Assembly (NCBI GenBank): GCA_963797555.1
Contig: CAWCPV010000007.1
Coordinates: 192,001-256,000 of the forward strand
Source of the DNA: an uncultured Gammaproteobacteria bacterium
GTDB lineage: Bacteria; Pseudomonadota; Gammaproteobacteria; CAWCPV01
Length of the DNA: 64,000 nucleotides
Direction: 5' to 3'
In this document: positions 20,525-29,512 of the stretch, in pieces
How positions within the stretch are numbered: position 1 is the stretch's first letter
How the letters are laid out: each line of letters begins with the position of its first letter
Translations under genes and position numbers: made by a program
Notes under the pieces: generated by a model
Seen by the model: the letters and a program-made list of their open reading frames with translations, nothing else
What the model was told of the DNA's origin: nothing
Databases searched by the model: none

Positions 20525-20859
20525 GGACACCCAGGCGCGGCGCCTGGTCGACCTTTTACGGACGCGGGGCCACGACGTGCTGACAGTCGGTGAGGCGGAC
20601 CGGATTGGAGCCTCCGACACCGAGGTTTTGACGCTGGCCGCTGCAACAGATCGTGTCCTGCTCACCCGCAACTGCGCCGACTATCTCGCTCTGCACGAGC
20701 GCGGCACCGCCCACGGCGGCAGTTCTGTGCGTGTACCAGGACTCGGACCTGGGCAAGGCCATGCGCTACGAGGACATCGCCCGTGCCCTGGGGAACCTAG
20801 AAGGTTCCGGGGTCCATCTGGAAGGCATGTTCTTGGCGGTCAACGCATGGATCTATTGA
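20505..20859 (+). CDS. DUF5615 PIN-like toxin (frameshift near 20725)
   Basis: MRLLLDED...GHDV...GASDTEVL..A....RVLLTRNCADY...HGG. Confidence 0.8.
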
Positions 20860-21005
20860 CGCAGGCACCGCACGGTGGATCCAACGACATCCAGCGCATG
20901 GCGTACGCTGGCACGGTCGGCGGTGTCGCCTATCGCACCCCGATTCGCCGCCGTCGCCAGCCCGCGGTATCCCGGAAGGCCAAGCGAGCGTGGCCCGGAA
21001 GCCCG

Positions 21006-21039
21006 CGTAGGGCGGAAGCCCCTTGCGGGCGTTCCGCCG
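21006..21039 (+). repeat. GTAG-family REP (type 2)
   Basis: CGTAGGGCGGAAGCCCCTTGCGGGCGTTCCGCCG; inverted copy at 21618-21651, direct copy at 22712-22745. Confidence 0.85.
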
Positions 21040-21066
21040 AACGCATCGGGCCGATAAGATCGCGCC

Positions 21067-21490
21067 ATGCCCGACTACCGCCGCTATCGCGTGCCCGGCG
21101 GCACCTACTTCTTCACCGTCAATCTCCTGGAGCGCCGCACGGACTTGTTGGTGCGCCATATCGACTCGCTGCGCGAAGCGGTGGCGCGTACTCGGGCGGA
21201 GCGGTCTTTCCACATCGATTGCCAAATGTCCACGCTCGTGTCGCGTTATCTGTGCCGCGGAGCGCCGCTCATGGTGAGTTCCCACGGCCCGCATCGAAGC
21301 GTATCCTGATGGCCTTGATGCGGTTGGGGAAGTCATCATCGCTAGGGGCCGGCTGAGCACACGATGGAGGTGATCGCGGCCGGAGCGAACCATCCAACGT
21401 CCGTTTCTGGGGATATGCCATCCGCGACCAAGACGATTATGCGCGGCACATGGACTACCTTCACTTCAACCCGGTGGAATAAGGCTATGT
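21067..21490 (+). pseudogene. RAYT transposase with internal inversion
   Basis: MPDYRRYRVPGGTYFFTVNLLER...; about 21220-21398 is the reverse complement of the corresponding part of the 22773 copy. Confidence 0.8.
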
Positions 21491-21617
21491 GACGATGAAA
21501 TGGCGAATACGGCCATTGCGCGACGGTCTCGGTTGGCAAGAGAGGGTGTGTATCCCCGCTCGTGGGGCAGCGAAGGCGCGGCCGACGTTGCCGCCGGCGA
21601 GCGGGGTTGAGGCCATG

Positions 21618-21651
21618 CGGCGGAACGCCCGCAAGGGGCTTCCGCCCTACG
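21618..21651 (-). repeat. GTAG-family REP (type 2), inverted
   Basis: CGGCGGAACGCCCGCAAGGGGCTTCCGCCCTACG. Confidence 0.85.
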
Positions 21652-21828
21652 CGGGCTGGAGTCCCTGCTCGCGGAGCCGGAATTCGACCCCCTGCGCCGC
21701 TTGCTCGCCGAGCGCGCCGTTCCCGTCGCCGAGATCCAGCGCGCCATCGACGAGCTGCTACAGGCTTCGGAGAACGAGCCGTCGGCGACCCCAGGTGGCC
21801 AATCGTCCGACTCGGATGCGACGGCCGG

Positions 21829-22161
21829 CTAAGGGCCGGGTTCTCCCGGGTGCCGCCGCAGCTCCATCGCGTCGTGGAGAAATCGCAGGACCTCGATGTC
21901 GCCTGCGGTGGAGACGCGGTAGACGAGCAGGTGGCGGGCCGGTCGTCCCGCCCGACCGATGTGCAGGGTGCGCACCCCGGGCCGGATCTCGTCGCGTGCC
22001 CGGCTTGTCGGACCCCGGGGATCATCCAAAAGCTCCGCGAACGCGGCGGAGATGAGCGTCCCATAGGACGCGGCCTGGGCCGCTCCCCAACGGCTCGCGG
22101 TGAATCTCAGGGTCGCCCGGATATCCTGCTCCGCCCGGGCGGTCAGGAGCAGGCGGCGCAC
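21829..22161 (-). CDS. parE: ParE/RelE family toxin
   Basis: LTARAEQDI..TLRFT..RWG..QA..Y...RDEIRPGVR...HLLVYR.....EVLRFLHDAMEL. Confidence 0.85.
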   Translation of the reverse strand: MRRLLLTARAEQDIRATLRFTASRWGAAQAASYGTLISAAFAELLDDPRGPTSRARDEIRPGVRTLHIGRAGRPARHLLVYRVSTAGDIEVLRFLHDAMELRRHPGEPGP

Positions 22162-22470
22162 TCAGGTACCGGGAGCCGTCGGAGGCACATCCTCGGCCGG
22201 GTCGGCATCCTCTCGAAGGAGATGCGCCATGACATCCTCGACCCCCTCGAACGCGCGGTAGCGGCCCTCCGTCAGGTCCATCAGCGCTTCGTCGACCGCC
22301 CCACGCAAGGCCTCGAGGCGTGCCTGGTCCTCCAACTCCCGTTGCTCGACGAGCCGCAGCCCCTCGCGCAGGACCTCGCTCGCGTTTTGATAGCGGCCGC
22401 TATCCACCAGGGAGCCGATCAGGGCCTCCTGGTGGTTGGTCAAAACGACATTGCGTGTGGGCATGGTCAC
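22162..22470 (-). CDS. parD: ParD family (CC2985-like) antitoxin
   Basis: TRNVVLT.HQE..I..LV.SGRYQNASEVLREGLRL. Confidence 0.9.
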   Translation of the reverse strand: MTMPTRNVVLTNHQEALIGSLVDSGRYQNASEVLREGLRLVEQRELEDQARLEALRGAVDEALMDLTEGRYRAFEGVEDVMAHLLREDADPAEDVPPTAPGT

Positions 22471-22711
22471 CTCCGATGTTGCGGCTGACGTTCGAGTCCT
22501 GCCGCGGGCGCTTCAAACCGTGCTCGCCCTCCGGCAGAGGAGCGGGGGTGGGGGATACGGTCATGGAGCCCGCGGCCCTGATTGCTCAGGGTCGCGCGAA
22601 GGCCCCGCCCCTTTCGGAACCGAACCGATGGCATGGCATATTATGCCATGACCCAGCGCTGGGCGGCCATCCGGCCCGGTCGCGGCCCCTGCCTGGCCTG
22701 ATTCCAGCCCG

Positions 22712-22745
22712 CGTAGGGCGGAAGCCCCTTGCTGGCGTTCCGCCG
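22712..22745 (+). repeat. GTAG-family REP (type 2)
   Basis: CGTAGGGCGGAAGCCCCTTGCTGGCGTTCCGCCG. Confidence 0.85.
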
Positions 22746-22772
22746 AACGCATCGGGCCGATAAGATCGCGCC

Positions 22773-23235
22773 ATGCCCGACTACCGCCACTATCGCGTGC
22801 CCGGCGGCACCTACTTGTTCACCGTCAGTCTCCTGGAGCGCCGCACGGACTTGTTGGTGCGCCATATCGAGTCGCTGCGCGAGGCGGTGGCGCGTACCCG
22901 GGCGGAGCGGTCTTTCCACATCGATAGATGTGGTGGTCCTACCGGATCACGTCCATTGCGTGCTCACCCTGCCCCCGGCGATGATGACTTCTCCAACCGC
23001 ATCAAGGCCATCGAGATGCGCTTCGTGCGGGCCGCGGGGCCCGTTGAGCGGCGCTCATCAGCGCGGGTAGCGCGCCGAGAGCGTGGAATCTGGCAACGCC
23101 GTTTCTGGGAACTATGCCATCCCGCGACCAAGACGATTATGCGCGGCGCATGGACTACCTTCACTTCAACCCAGTGAAACACGGCTATGCGACGGCCGTC
23201 GCGGTCTGGCCGTATTCGACGTTCATCGGTTGGCG
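22773..23235 (+). pseudogene. RAYT transposase, frameshifted
   Basis: [61 protein letters not shown] across frames. Confidence 0.85.
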
Positions 23236-23301
23236 ACCGTCCGCGCGGCCCAAGCGATAGTGGGGTTGCCAATGCATATGCGATATGCATACTAGGACGT
23301 T

Positions 23302-23571
23302 GTGGATCTGGACTATGACCTCTCCAAGAATGCGATAAACCTGCGCAAGCATGGCGTTGACCTAGAAGACGCCAAGCTCGTGCTCTTCGACCCGATGGCA
23401 GTGGTCTGCGAGGAGGCGGATGCCCGGGGAGAGCAGCGCTTTGTCGCGGTGGGCGCAGACACGTGGGGTCGCGTTCTGACGGTCGTTTACATCTATCGCG
23501 AGCCGGACACCATTCGGCTGATCTCGGCTCGGGTGGCTACGAAAAAGGAGCGACAAGCATATGAAGCGTGA
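23302..23571 (+). CDS. brnT: BrnT family toxin
   Basis: D.SKNAINLRKHGV...GEQRFVAVG...VLTVVY.YR...IRLISARVATKKER..YE. Confidence 0.9.
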   Translation: MDLDYDLSKNAINLRKHGVDLEDAKLVLFDPMAVVCEEADARGEQRFVAVGADTWGRVLTVVYIYREPDTIRLISARVATKKERQAYEA

Positions 23572-23821
23572 GTACGACATGACTGGCGCGCGCCGTGCGA
23601 CCGAAGTCGAACACCTGATCCGCCTAAGGGCTGGCAAGACTCGGATTACCATCATGGTGGACGAAGACGTCCTGCAGAGCTTTCGTCAAAGGGCGAAGGA
23701 GCAGGGCGTCGGCTACCAGACCTTAATCAACCTGGCACTGCGCGAGCACCTTGGCCGGCGACCCGTGGATGAGCAGACATTGCGCCGCATCCTCCGGGAG
23801 GAATTGCACCCGACCGCGTAG
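23561..23821 (+). CDS. brnA: BrnA family antitoxin
   Basis: MKREYD...KTRITIMVDEDVL..FR......GYQTLIN.ALR. Confidence 0.9.
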   Translation: MKREYDMTGARRATEVEHLIRLRAGKTRITIMVDEDVLQSFRQRAKEQGVGYQTLINLALREHLGRRPVDEQTLRRILREELHPTA

Positions 23822-23893
23822 GTCGGGTTGCTACAGATCGGCTTTCGCAGATCGACGCTGGTCGACCTTCCACGGAGGCGGGGTAGGCCGCGC

Positions 23894-23923
23894 TTGACAG
23901 GCGCCGGCTGCTGTGACGAAAAT
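23894..23923 (+). promoter_or_regulatory. Putative sigma70 promoter of the riboswitch/Ehr operon
   Basis: TTGACA at 23894 and GAAAAT at 23918, about 15 nt before the aptamer. Confidence 0.55.
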
Positions 23924-23931
23924 TCCCGCGT

Positions 23932-23985
23932 ACCATCGGTGATGGGGTCCACCTAAACCGCCCGCAGGGCTGATGACTCCTACTG
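23932..23985 (+). ncRNA. Fluoride riboswitch (crcB motif)
   Basis: GGTGATGGGGTCCACCTAAACCGCCCGCAGGGCTGATGACTCCTAC: P1 GGTG/CACC, pseudoknot GGGGTC/GACTCC, AAACCG, GCCC/GGGC stem, GCTGATGAC consensus. Confidence 0.93.
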
Positions 23986-24022
23986 GATTCTGAGTTTCTC
24001 AGAGATTCAGAGGAGTCGACCC

Positions 24023-24127
24023 ATGGCCCAGATCCCCGTTGTGCGCTCGCGGCTGCCCGACGCCGGCCGCGGCGAAATTCCGAGCTGCACCGTTTCCTCG
24101 ACCTGCTCGCGCGAGCGCTGCCCGTGA
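24023..24127 (+). CDS. 34-aa leader ORF (or, if an indel is present, the true N-terminus of the HycD-like subunit)
   Basis: ATG 5 nt after AGGAGTC; MAQIPVVRSRLPDAGRGEIPSCTVSSTCSRERCP; stop overlaps next start (GTGA). Confidence 0.45.
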   Translation: MAQIPVVRSRLPDAGRGEIPSCTVSSTCSRERCP

Positions 24128-25071
24128 GCCTGCGGGACATTGCCCTGCAACTCGGGCAAGTGCTGACGGTGCTCGCGTTCTCCCCGCTGCTGCAGGGCTT
24201 CATCCTGCGTTACGAGGAGCGGGTGCAGCGCGCCCGCGGACCGAGCCTGGTCCAGCCCTACCGCGACCTGTGGAAGCTGTTCCACAAGGAGCTGGTGGTG
24301 CCGGAGGGCGCCTCCTTCATTCATTTCGCGGCACCGGTGGTGGCTTTCACCGCCATGCTCGTCGTGCCGCTGCTCATCCCGGTGCTCACCAACTACGCGC
24401 TGCCGCTCTCCGACATGGGCGACATCCTGGGCGGCGGCCTCATCCTCACGCTCGGCGCCTTCTTCGTCACCCTGGCCGGCCTCGACTCGGGAAGCGCGTA
24501 CGGCGGTGTGGGGTCGAGCCGCAGCGTGATGGTGACGATCCTGGCCGAGCCCACGCTGATCCTGGTGCTGGTCGGCATCACGCTGCTCGCCAAAGCCATG
24601 CTGCCGTTCGTGGTCAATCACCTGCTGGTGGCCGATGCCGCCGTGTACTGGAGCCCGGCGCACGTGTTCCTGGCGTGCGCGTTCTTCATCCTGCTGCTGG
24701 CGGAGACGGACCGGCTACCTATCCATTCCAGCACCCACATCGAGGTCTACATGATCGAGGAGGCGCGCATCCTCGAGTACTCGGGGCCGCTGCTGGCGCT
24801 GCTCAAGTGGGCCTCGATGATGAAGCAGTTGATTCTGTACACCATCTTCTGCAACGTGCTGCTGCTGCCCTGGGGGCTATCGGTGAAGGGCACCGCTCTC
24901 GGGGCGGTGGGCGCTGCTGCTGCGCTGCTCGGCAAGGTCGCGCTGGTGGCCTGTGGGGTGATCGTGGTGGAAACGGCACAGTCGCGGCTGCGCTTCTACC
25001 GTTACCAGGAGCCGCTCGCCGCCTCGTTTCTGCTGGCGGCCCTGGCGGTCGTCGCCAACCAACTGCGCTGA
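24124..25071 (+). CDS. HycD/HyfC/NuoH-like membrane subunit (Ehr complex)
   Basis: RVQRARGPSLVQPYRDLWKLFHKE, GSSR, AETDRLP, EYSG motifs. Confidence 0.92.
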   Translation: MSLRDIALQLGQVLTVLAFSPLLQGFILRYEERVQRARGPSLVQPYRDLWKLFHKELVVPEGASFIHFAAPVVAFTAMLVVPLLIPVLTNYALPLSDMGDILGGGLILTLGAFFVTLAGLDSGSAYGGVGSSRSVMVTILAEPTLILVLVGITLLAKAMLPFVVNHLLVADAAVYWSPAHVFLACAFFILLLAETDRLPIHSSTHIEVYMIEEARILEYSGPLLALLKWASMMKQLILYTIFCNVLLLPWGLSVKGTALGAVGAAAALLGKVALVACGVIVVETAQSRLRFYRYQEPLAASFLLAALAVVANQLR

Positions 25072-25075
25072 CGCC

Positions 25076-25756
25076 ATGCCCATCCCGCAGTTCACTCCGC
25101 TCGCCGGCTCGATCTTCAGCCTGCTGGCCATCGGCAGCCTGCTGCTCGCCTTCGTGATGCTGGGCTCGCGCTGGTTGCGCGACTATCTGTTCGCTTTCGG
25201 GCTGCAGTCCTGGCTGATCGCGCTGCTCTCGGCCACGGTCGCCTACCACGCACACTTTCCTGAGCTGTATCTAATTGCGGTGTTCACGGCCCTGTTCCGC
25301 GGCCTGCTGTTGCCTTATCTCATCCTGCGCATCCTGCGCCGAGTCCAGGCCCACCGAGAATTGCACGTCATCCTGCAAGCCTCCACCAGCCTGGTGGTCG
25401 GGGCGCTGGCGGTCGTCTTCGCCCTGGCCGTCTCCCACCGGATCTCCGCGGCCCTCGGGCTGACCGGGAACATAGCGGTGCTCGCGCTCACCGTGACATT
25501 CGCGATGGAGCTCATCGGCTTTCTCATGCTCGCGGTGCGCCACGAGGCGGTCAGTCACGTCCTGGGGCTGCTGGTCCTCGAGAACGGCATCTTCCTGGGC
25601 TCCCAGGTGCTGATCCCCGGCATGCCGCTGCTCATCGAGCTGGTGATCCTGTTCGACTTGCTGGTGGCCGTGGCTTGTTTCGGTATCTTGGCTCGCTACC
25701 TGGTGGAGCGGGCCGGCACCACCAGCAGCCTGCAGCTTCGGAGGCTGGTGGGATGA
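25076..25756 (+). CDS. hyfE: HyfE-like membrane subunit
   Basis: Hydrophobic; GLLVLENGIFL...GMPLLIEL..LFD. Confidence 0.88.
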   Translation: MPIPQFTPLAGSIFSLLAIGSLLLAFVMLGSRWLRDYLFAFGLQSWLIALLSATVAYHAHFPELYLIAVFTALFRGLLLPYLILRILRRVQAHRELHVILQASTSLVVGALAVVFALAVSHRISAALGLTGNIAVLALTVTFAMELIGFLMLAVRHEAVSHVLGLLVLENGIFLGSQVLIPGMPLLIELVILFDLLVAVACFGILARYLVERAGTTSSLQLRRLVG

Positions 25757-27216
25757 CCGGCGTGTGGCTCGCCGCCGTGGTCCTGCTGGCGCCGCTCGCC
25801 GCCGTGGTGCTGTGCGCCGCCGTTCGACGGGCGCAGGCCGCGGAGCGCGTCAATCTGGCCGCATCCGGGGTGACCCTGGCGGCGGCGCTGCCCCTGCCGT
25901 TCGTCGCCGCCGGTCACAGCACCGTGGCGCTGGACGGTTATCTGCTGGTGGACGCCCTGGGGGCCTGGGTGGTGCTGTGCGCGGCGCTGGTCTACCTGCT
26001 CGCCTCGATCTATGCGGTGGGTTACATGCGCCTGCTGGGCGAGCCACGGCGCCTGCCGCGCTTCTATGCGCTGTTCGCCGGGTTCGCCTTCACGACGCTG
26101 GCCGCGCCGCTGATGAACAATGCCGGCGTGTACTGGATCGCCGTGGAGCTGACCACCCTGGTCAGCACCTTCCTGGTCGGTTTCGAGCGCGCGCCGGAAA
26201 GCATCGAGGCGGCCTGGAAGTACATCATCGTGGTGTCTGCGGGGATCAGCATGGCTTTGCTCGGCACCATGCTGTTCTACTGGGCCGGCACGGCCGCGCT
26301 GGGACCCACCTACGACATGACGTGGCAGGCGCTGGCCGCCGCGGCGCCGGCCATGAATACGAAGCTCGTGACGCTCGCCTTCCTGCTGGCCCTGGTCGGC
26401 TACGGGACCAAGGCGGGGCTCGCGCCCATGCACACCTGGCTGCCCGACGCGCACAGCGAGGGTCCGGCGCCGGTCTCGGCGCTGCTCTCGGGCGCGCTGC
26501 TGAATACCGCACTGGTGGGCATCGTGCGGCTGCTGGCGGTCGTCGAGCAGGCGGGAGCCGGGGAGCTGCCACGCATCGCGCTCATGGTGCTGGGGGCGGC
26601 CTCGCTCGCGGTCGGCACGCTGTTCATCGTGCGCCAGAACGGGGTCAAGCGTCTGATGGCCTATTCCAGCGTGGAGCACATGGGGATCACGGCGCTCGGC
26701 TTCGCCTTCGGCGGCGCGCTGGGGGTGGCGGGCGCGCTCTACCACATGCTGAACCATGCGCTCAACAAGTCGCTCATGTTCTTCGGCGCGGGTGTCGCGA
26801 TGCGGGCATACGGCACCAAGGAAATGACCGGCATCCGCCGGTTCGGTGTGCGTTTCCCGCTGACCGGGGCGCTGTGGCTCGCGGGCGCACTGGCCATCAC
26901 CGGGGCGCCGCCCTTCGGCCTGTTCCTGTCCGAGCTGACCGTGCTGCGCGCAGGGCTTGCGCCGGGCACCACCTGGGCCGCGGTGGTCATGCTGGTGCTG
27001 CTAGTGGTGGTGTTCGCGGGCTTCCTCAACCACTTCCGGGTGATGTACTACACCGAGGCGGATGCCGAGCCGCAGGCCCCGGGCGTGGCGGGCCCCTGGT
27101 GCGTGACGCCGATGGCGCTCGCTCTGGCGCCCCTGCTGCTGCTGGGGCTGTGGTGGCCGGTGGGCTTCACCCGGCTGTTCGGGCAGGTCTCGGCAGGTCT
27201 GGGAGCTGGGCCGTGA
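25753..27216 (+). CDS. hyfF: HyfF-like antiporter-type (proton-translocating) subunit
   Basis: WIAVELTT, EAAWKY, GYGTKAGLAPMHTWLPDAHSEGP, KRLMAYSSVEHMG, NHALNKS, GAPPFGLFLSE. Confidence 0.92.
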   Translation: MTGVWLAAVVLLAPLAAVVLCAAVRRAQAAERVNLAASGVTLAAALPLPFVAAGHSTVALDGYLLVDALGAWVVLCAALVYLLASIYAVGYMRLLGEPRRLPRFYALFAGFAFTTLAAPLMNNAGVYWIAVELTTLVSTFLVGFERAPESIEAAWKYIIVVSAGISMALLGTMLFYWAGTAALGPTYDMTWQALAAAAPAMNTKLVTLAFLLALVGYGTKAGLAPMHTWLPDAHSEGPAPVSALLSGALLNTALVGIVRLLAVVEQAGAGELPRIALMVLGAASLAVGTLFIVRQNGVKRLMAYSSVEHMGITALGFAFGGALGVAGALYHMLNHALNKSLMFFGAGVAMRAYGTKEMTGIRRFGVRFPLTGALWLAGALAITGAPPFGLFLSELTVLRAGLAPGTTWAAVVMLVLLVVVFAGFLNHFRVMYYTEADAEPQAPGVAGPWCVTPMALALAPLLLLGLWWPVGFTRLFGQVSAGLGAGP

Positions 27217-28699
27217 CCCCGGCAGCCGAAAGGCGCCTCGCCCCCGACGAGCTGGAGGCGGCATGCCGCGATCTGCTCGCCGATGGCGGCCGGATGCAGA
27301 TGGCCTGGGGCTGGTTCCCCGAACCCGAGGCGGCCGAGCTGTGCTACCTGGCGGCGCGCCGGCCGCGCGAGCCTTTCGAGCTGTGGCGCTCGCGGCCGCA
27401 GCACGGGCTCGTGCCCAGCCTGGCGCACACCGCGCCGCTGCTCGGCTGGTACGAGCGCGAGATCACCGACCTCTGCGGGGTCCGCTTCGAGAACCATCCG
27501 GAGCCCCGCCCCCTGGTGCTGCACGAGGGCGCCGCGCCGGTCTGTCCGCCGCTGGACCCCCGCTGCCCGGCGGCTGTGCCGATGCCCTACACGCCCACAG
27601 CCCCCGCGCTGCTGGAGGTGCAGGGCCCCGACGTGCAGGTGCTGCCCTTCGGTCCGGTGCGGGCCGACGTGGTGGAGTCGGCCCAGTTCCTGTTCTGCTA
27701 CATCGGCGAGCAGATCCTGCACTACCGGCCGCGGCTGTTCTTCAAGCACCGCGGCCTGGAGAAGCTTTTCGAGGGCCGCGACCCGCACGCGGCGGTGGTG
27801 CTCGCGGAGCGCGTCTCCGGGGTGGGCAGCGTCGCCCATGCGCTCGGCTACTGCCAGGCCGTCGAGGCCGCCGCCGGCGCCGAGGTTCCGCGGCGCGCGC
27901 GGCTCCTCCGGGTGCTGCTGGCCGAACTGGAGCGGCTGTACAACCACTTGCACTACCTCGGGCACCTGGCCGACACCACCACGCTCAAGGTGGGGCAGGC
28001 CGAGGGCAAGCTGCTCGAGGAGCGGCTCAAGCAAATCAACGGCCGGCTCACCGGGAGCCGGTTCCTGCGCGGCCTGCTCGCTCCGGGCGGTCTGCGCCGC
28101 GACCTCGCGCCGGGCCATGATCTCGCCGGGATCTGGGCGCGGTGCGCCGCGAGGCGGCCGCGTATGCCGCAGAGCTGGAGCGCACCGCGAGCTACCGCGA
28201 CCGTCTGCACGACACCGGCGTGCTGGATGCGCGCACCGCCTTCGACCAGGGCGCCACGGGGCCGGTGGAGCGGGCATCCGGCCTCGACCGCGATCTGCGC
28301 CGCGACCACCCTTACGCGGCTTACGAGGAGATGGACCTGCGGGTGCCGGTGGAGAGCGCGGGCGACGCCCATGCCCGCGCCCGGGTGCGGGTGCGGGAGA
28401 TCGAGGCGGGCTTCGAGGCTATCCTCCGGCTGCTGCCGCGCCTGCCCGACGGCCCGGTGCGGGTCCCAGTGACGGTGCCGGGCGGCGCCGAGGGACTGGG
28501 CTGGGCCGAATCGCCTCGGGGCTCTCTCTACTACGCGGTGCACGCCGGAGCCGACGGACGGCTCGCGCGGGTGAAGATCAAGTCGCCGTCCTTCTCGAAC
28601 TGGCGAGCGTTCCCCTACACCGTGCACGACACCAACATGATGGACTACGCCATCAACGAAGCGAGCTTCGGGCTGACCGTCGCCGGGTGCGACCGGTGA
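27213..28699 (+). CDS. HycE/HyfG-like large subunit lacking Ni-Fe ligands (EhrL; frameshift near 28138)
   Basis: WYEREITDL.G..F..HP, GPVRADVVES, KHRGLEK, ERVSGVGSVAH (no CxxC), ELERLYNHL, ESPRG, C-terminus DYAINEASFGLTVAGCDR (no DPCxxC). Confidence 0.9.
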
Positions 28700-28708
28700 G
28701 GCGCTGAC

Positions 28709-29512
28709 ATGTCCAAGTGGACCTGGTTCGGGCTGTCGAGGGGAACCGCCACCACCGCCTGGCCGGCGCGGGACGGCGAAGACGGCCAGATCGGCGTGCT
28801 CGGCATGCCGCGCTTCGATCCGCAGCGCTGCGAGGCAGAATGCCGCGCCTGTGTCGAGGTCTGTCCCACCGGGGCGCTGGCTTTCCCGCCGAACGGCGCG
28901 ACGGTCCCGATCGAGGTGGATTACGGCCGCTGCGTGGTCTGCCAGCTCTGCACCGAGCACTGCCCGAGCGGTGCGCTCGCGCCCTCCGGAGATTGGGCCT
29001 TCGCGGTGCGCGAGCGCGCCGATCTGCGCTGGCGGGAGGCCCTCGACGCGCCGTCCGGGCGGCGCCTCGGCAGCCGCATCGCTGCGCTCCGACGCAGCCT
29101 GCACGTGCGCCACGTGGACGCGGGCTCCTGCAACGGCTGCGAGTCGGAGTTGCAGGCGCTCAACAACCCTTTCTACAACCTGCACCGCCTGGGGGTGTTC
29201 TTTACCGCCTCGCCGCGTTTCGCCGATCTGCTGCTGGTGACCGGTCCCGTGACCTACGCCATGCGCGGACCGCTGGCGGCCGCCTACGAGGCCATGCCGG
29301 AGCCGCGGTTGGTGATGGCCATGGGGACCTGCGCGGTTTCCGGCGGGGTCGCCGGCGGCGGCTACAGCACGGGTACCGGGCTCGACGGGGTGCTGCCCGT
29401 GGACCTGTGGCTTCCGGGCTGCCCGCCCAACCCGGCGGCGGTAATCGAGGGGCTGCTGGTGCTGCTGGAGCGCCGCCCCCAGCGCGTGCGAGGAGGTCGC
29501 CTTGAGCCCTGA
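28709..29512 (+). CDS. Fused 2[4Fe-4S] ferredoxin (HycF-like) and NuoB/HycG-like small subunit
   Basis: C...CRACVEVCP, CVVCQLCTEHCP, then DAGSCNGCE, ASPRFAD, GTCA, PGCPP. Confidence 0.92.
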   Translation: MSKWTWFGLSRGTATTAWPARDGEDGQIGVLGMPRFDPQRCEAECRACVEVCPTGALAFPPNGATVPIEVDYGRCVVCQLCTEHCPSGALAPSGDWAFAVRERADLRWREALDAPSGRRLGSRIAALRRSLHVRHVDAGSCNGCESELQALNNPFYNLHRLGVFFTASPRFADLLLVTGPVTYAMRGPLAAAYEAMPEPRLVMAMGTCAVSGGVAGGGYSTGTGLDGVLPVDLWLPGCPPNPAAVIEGLLVLLERRPQRVRGGRLEP

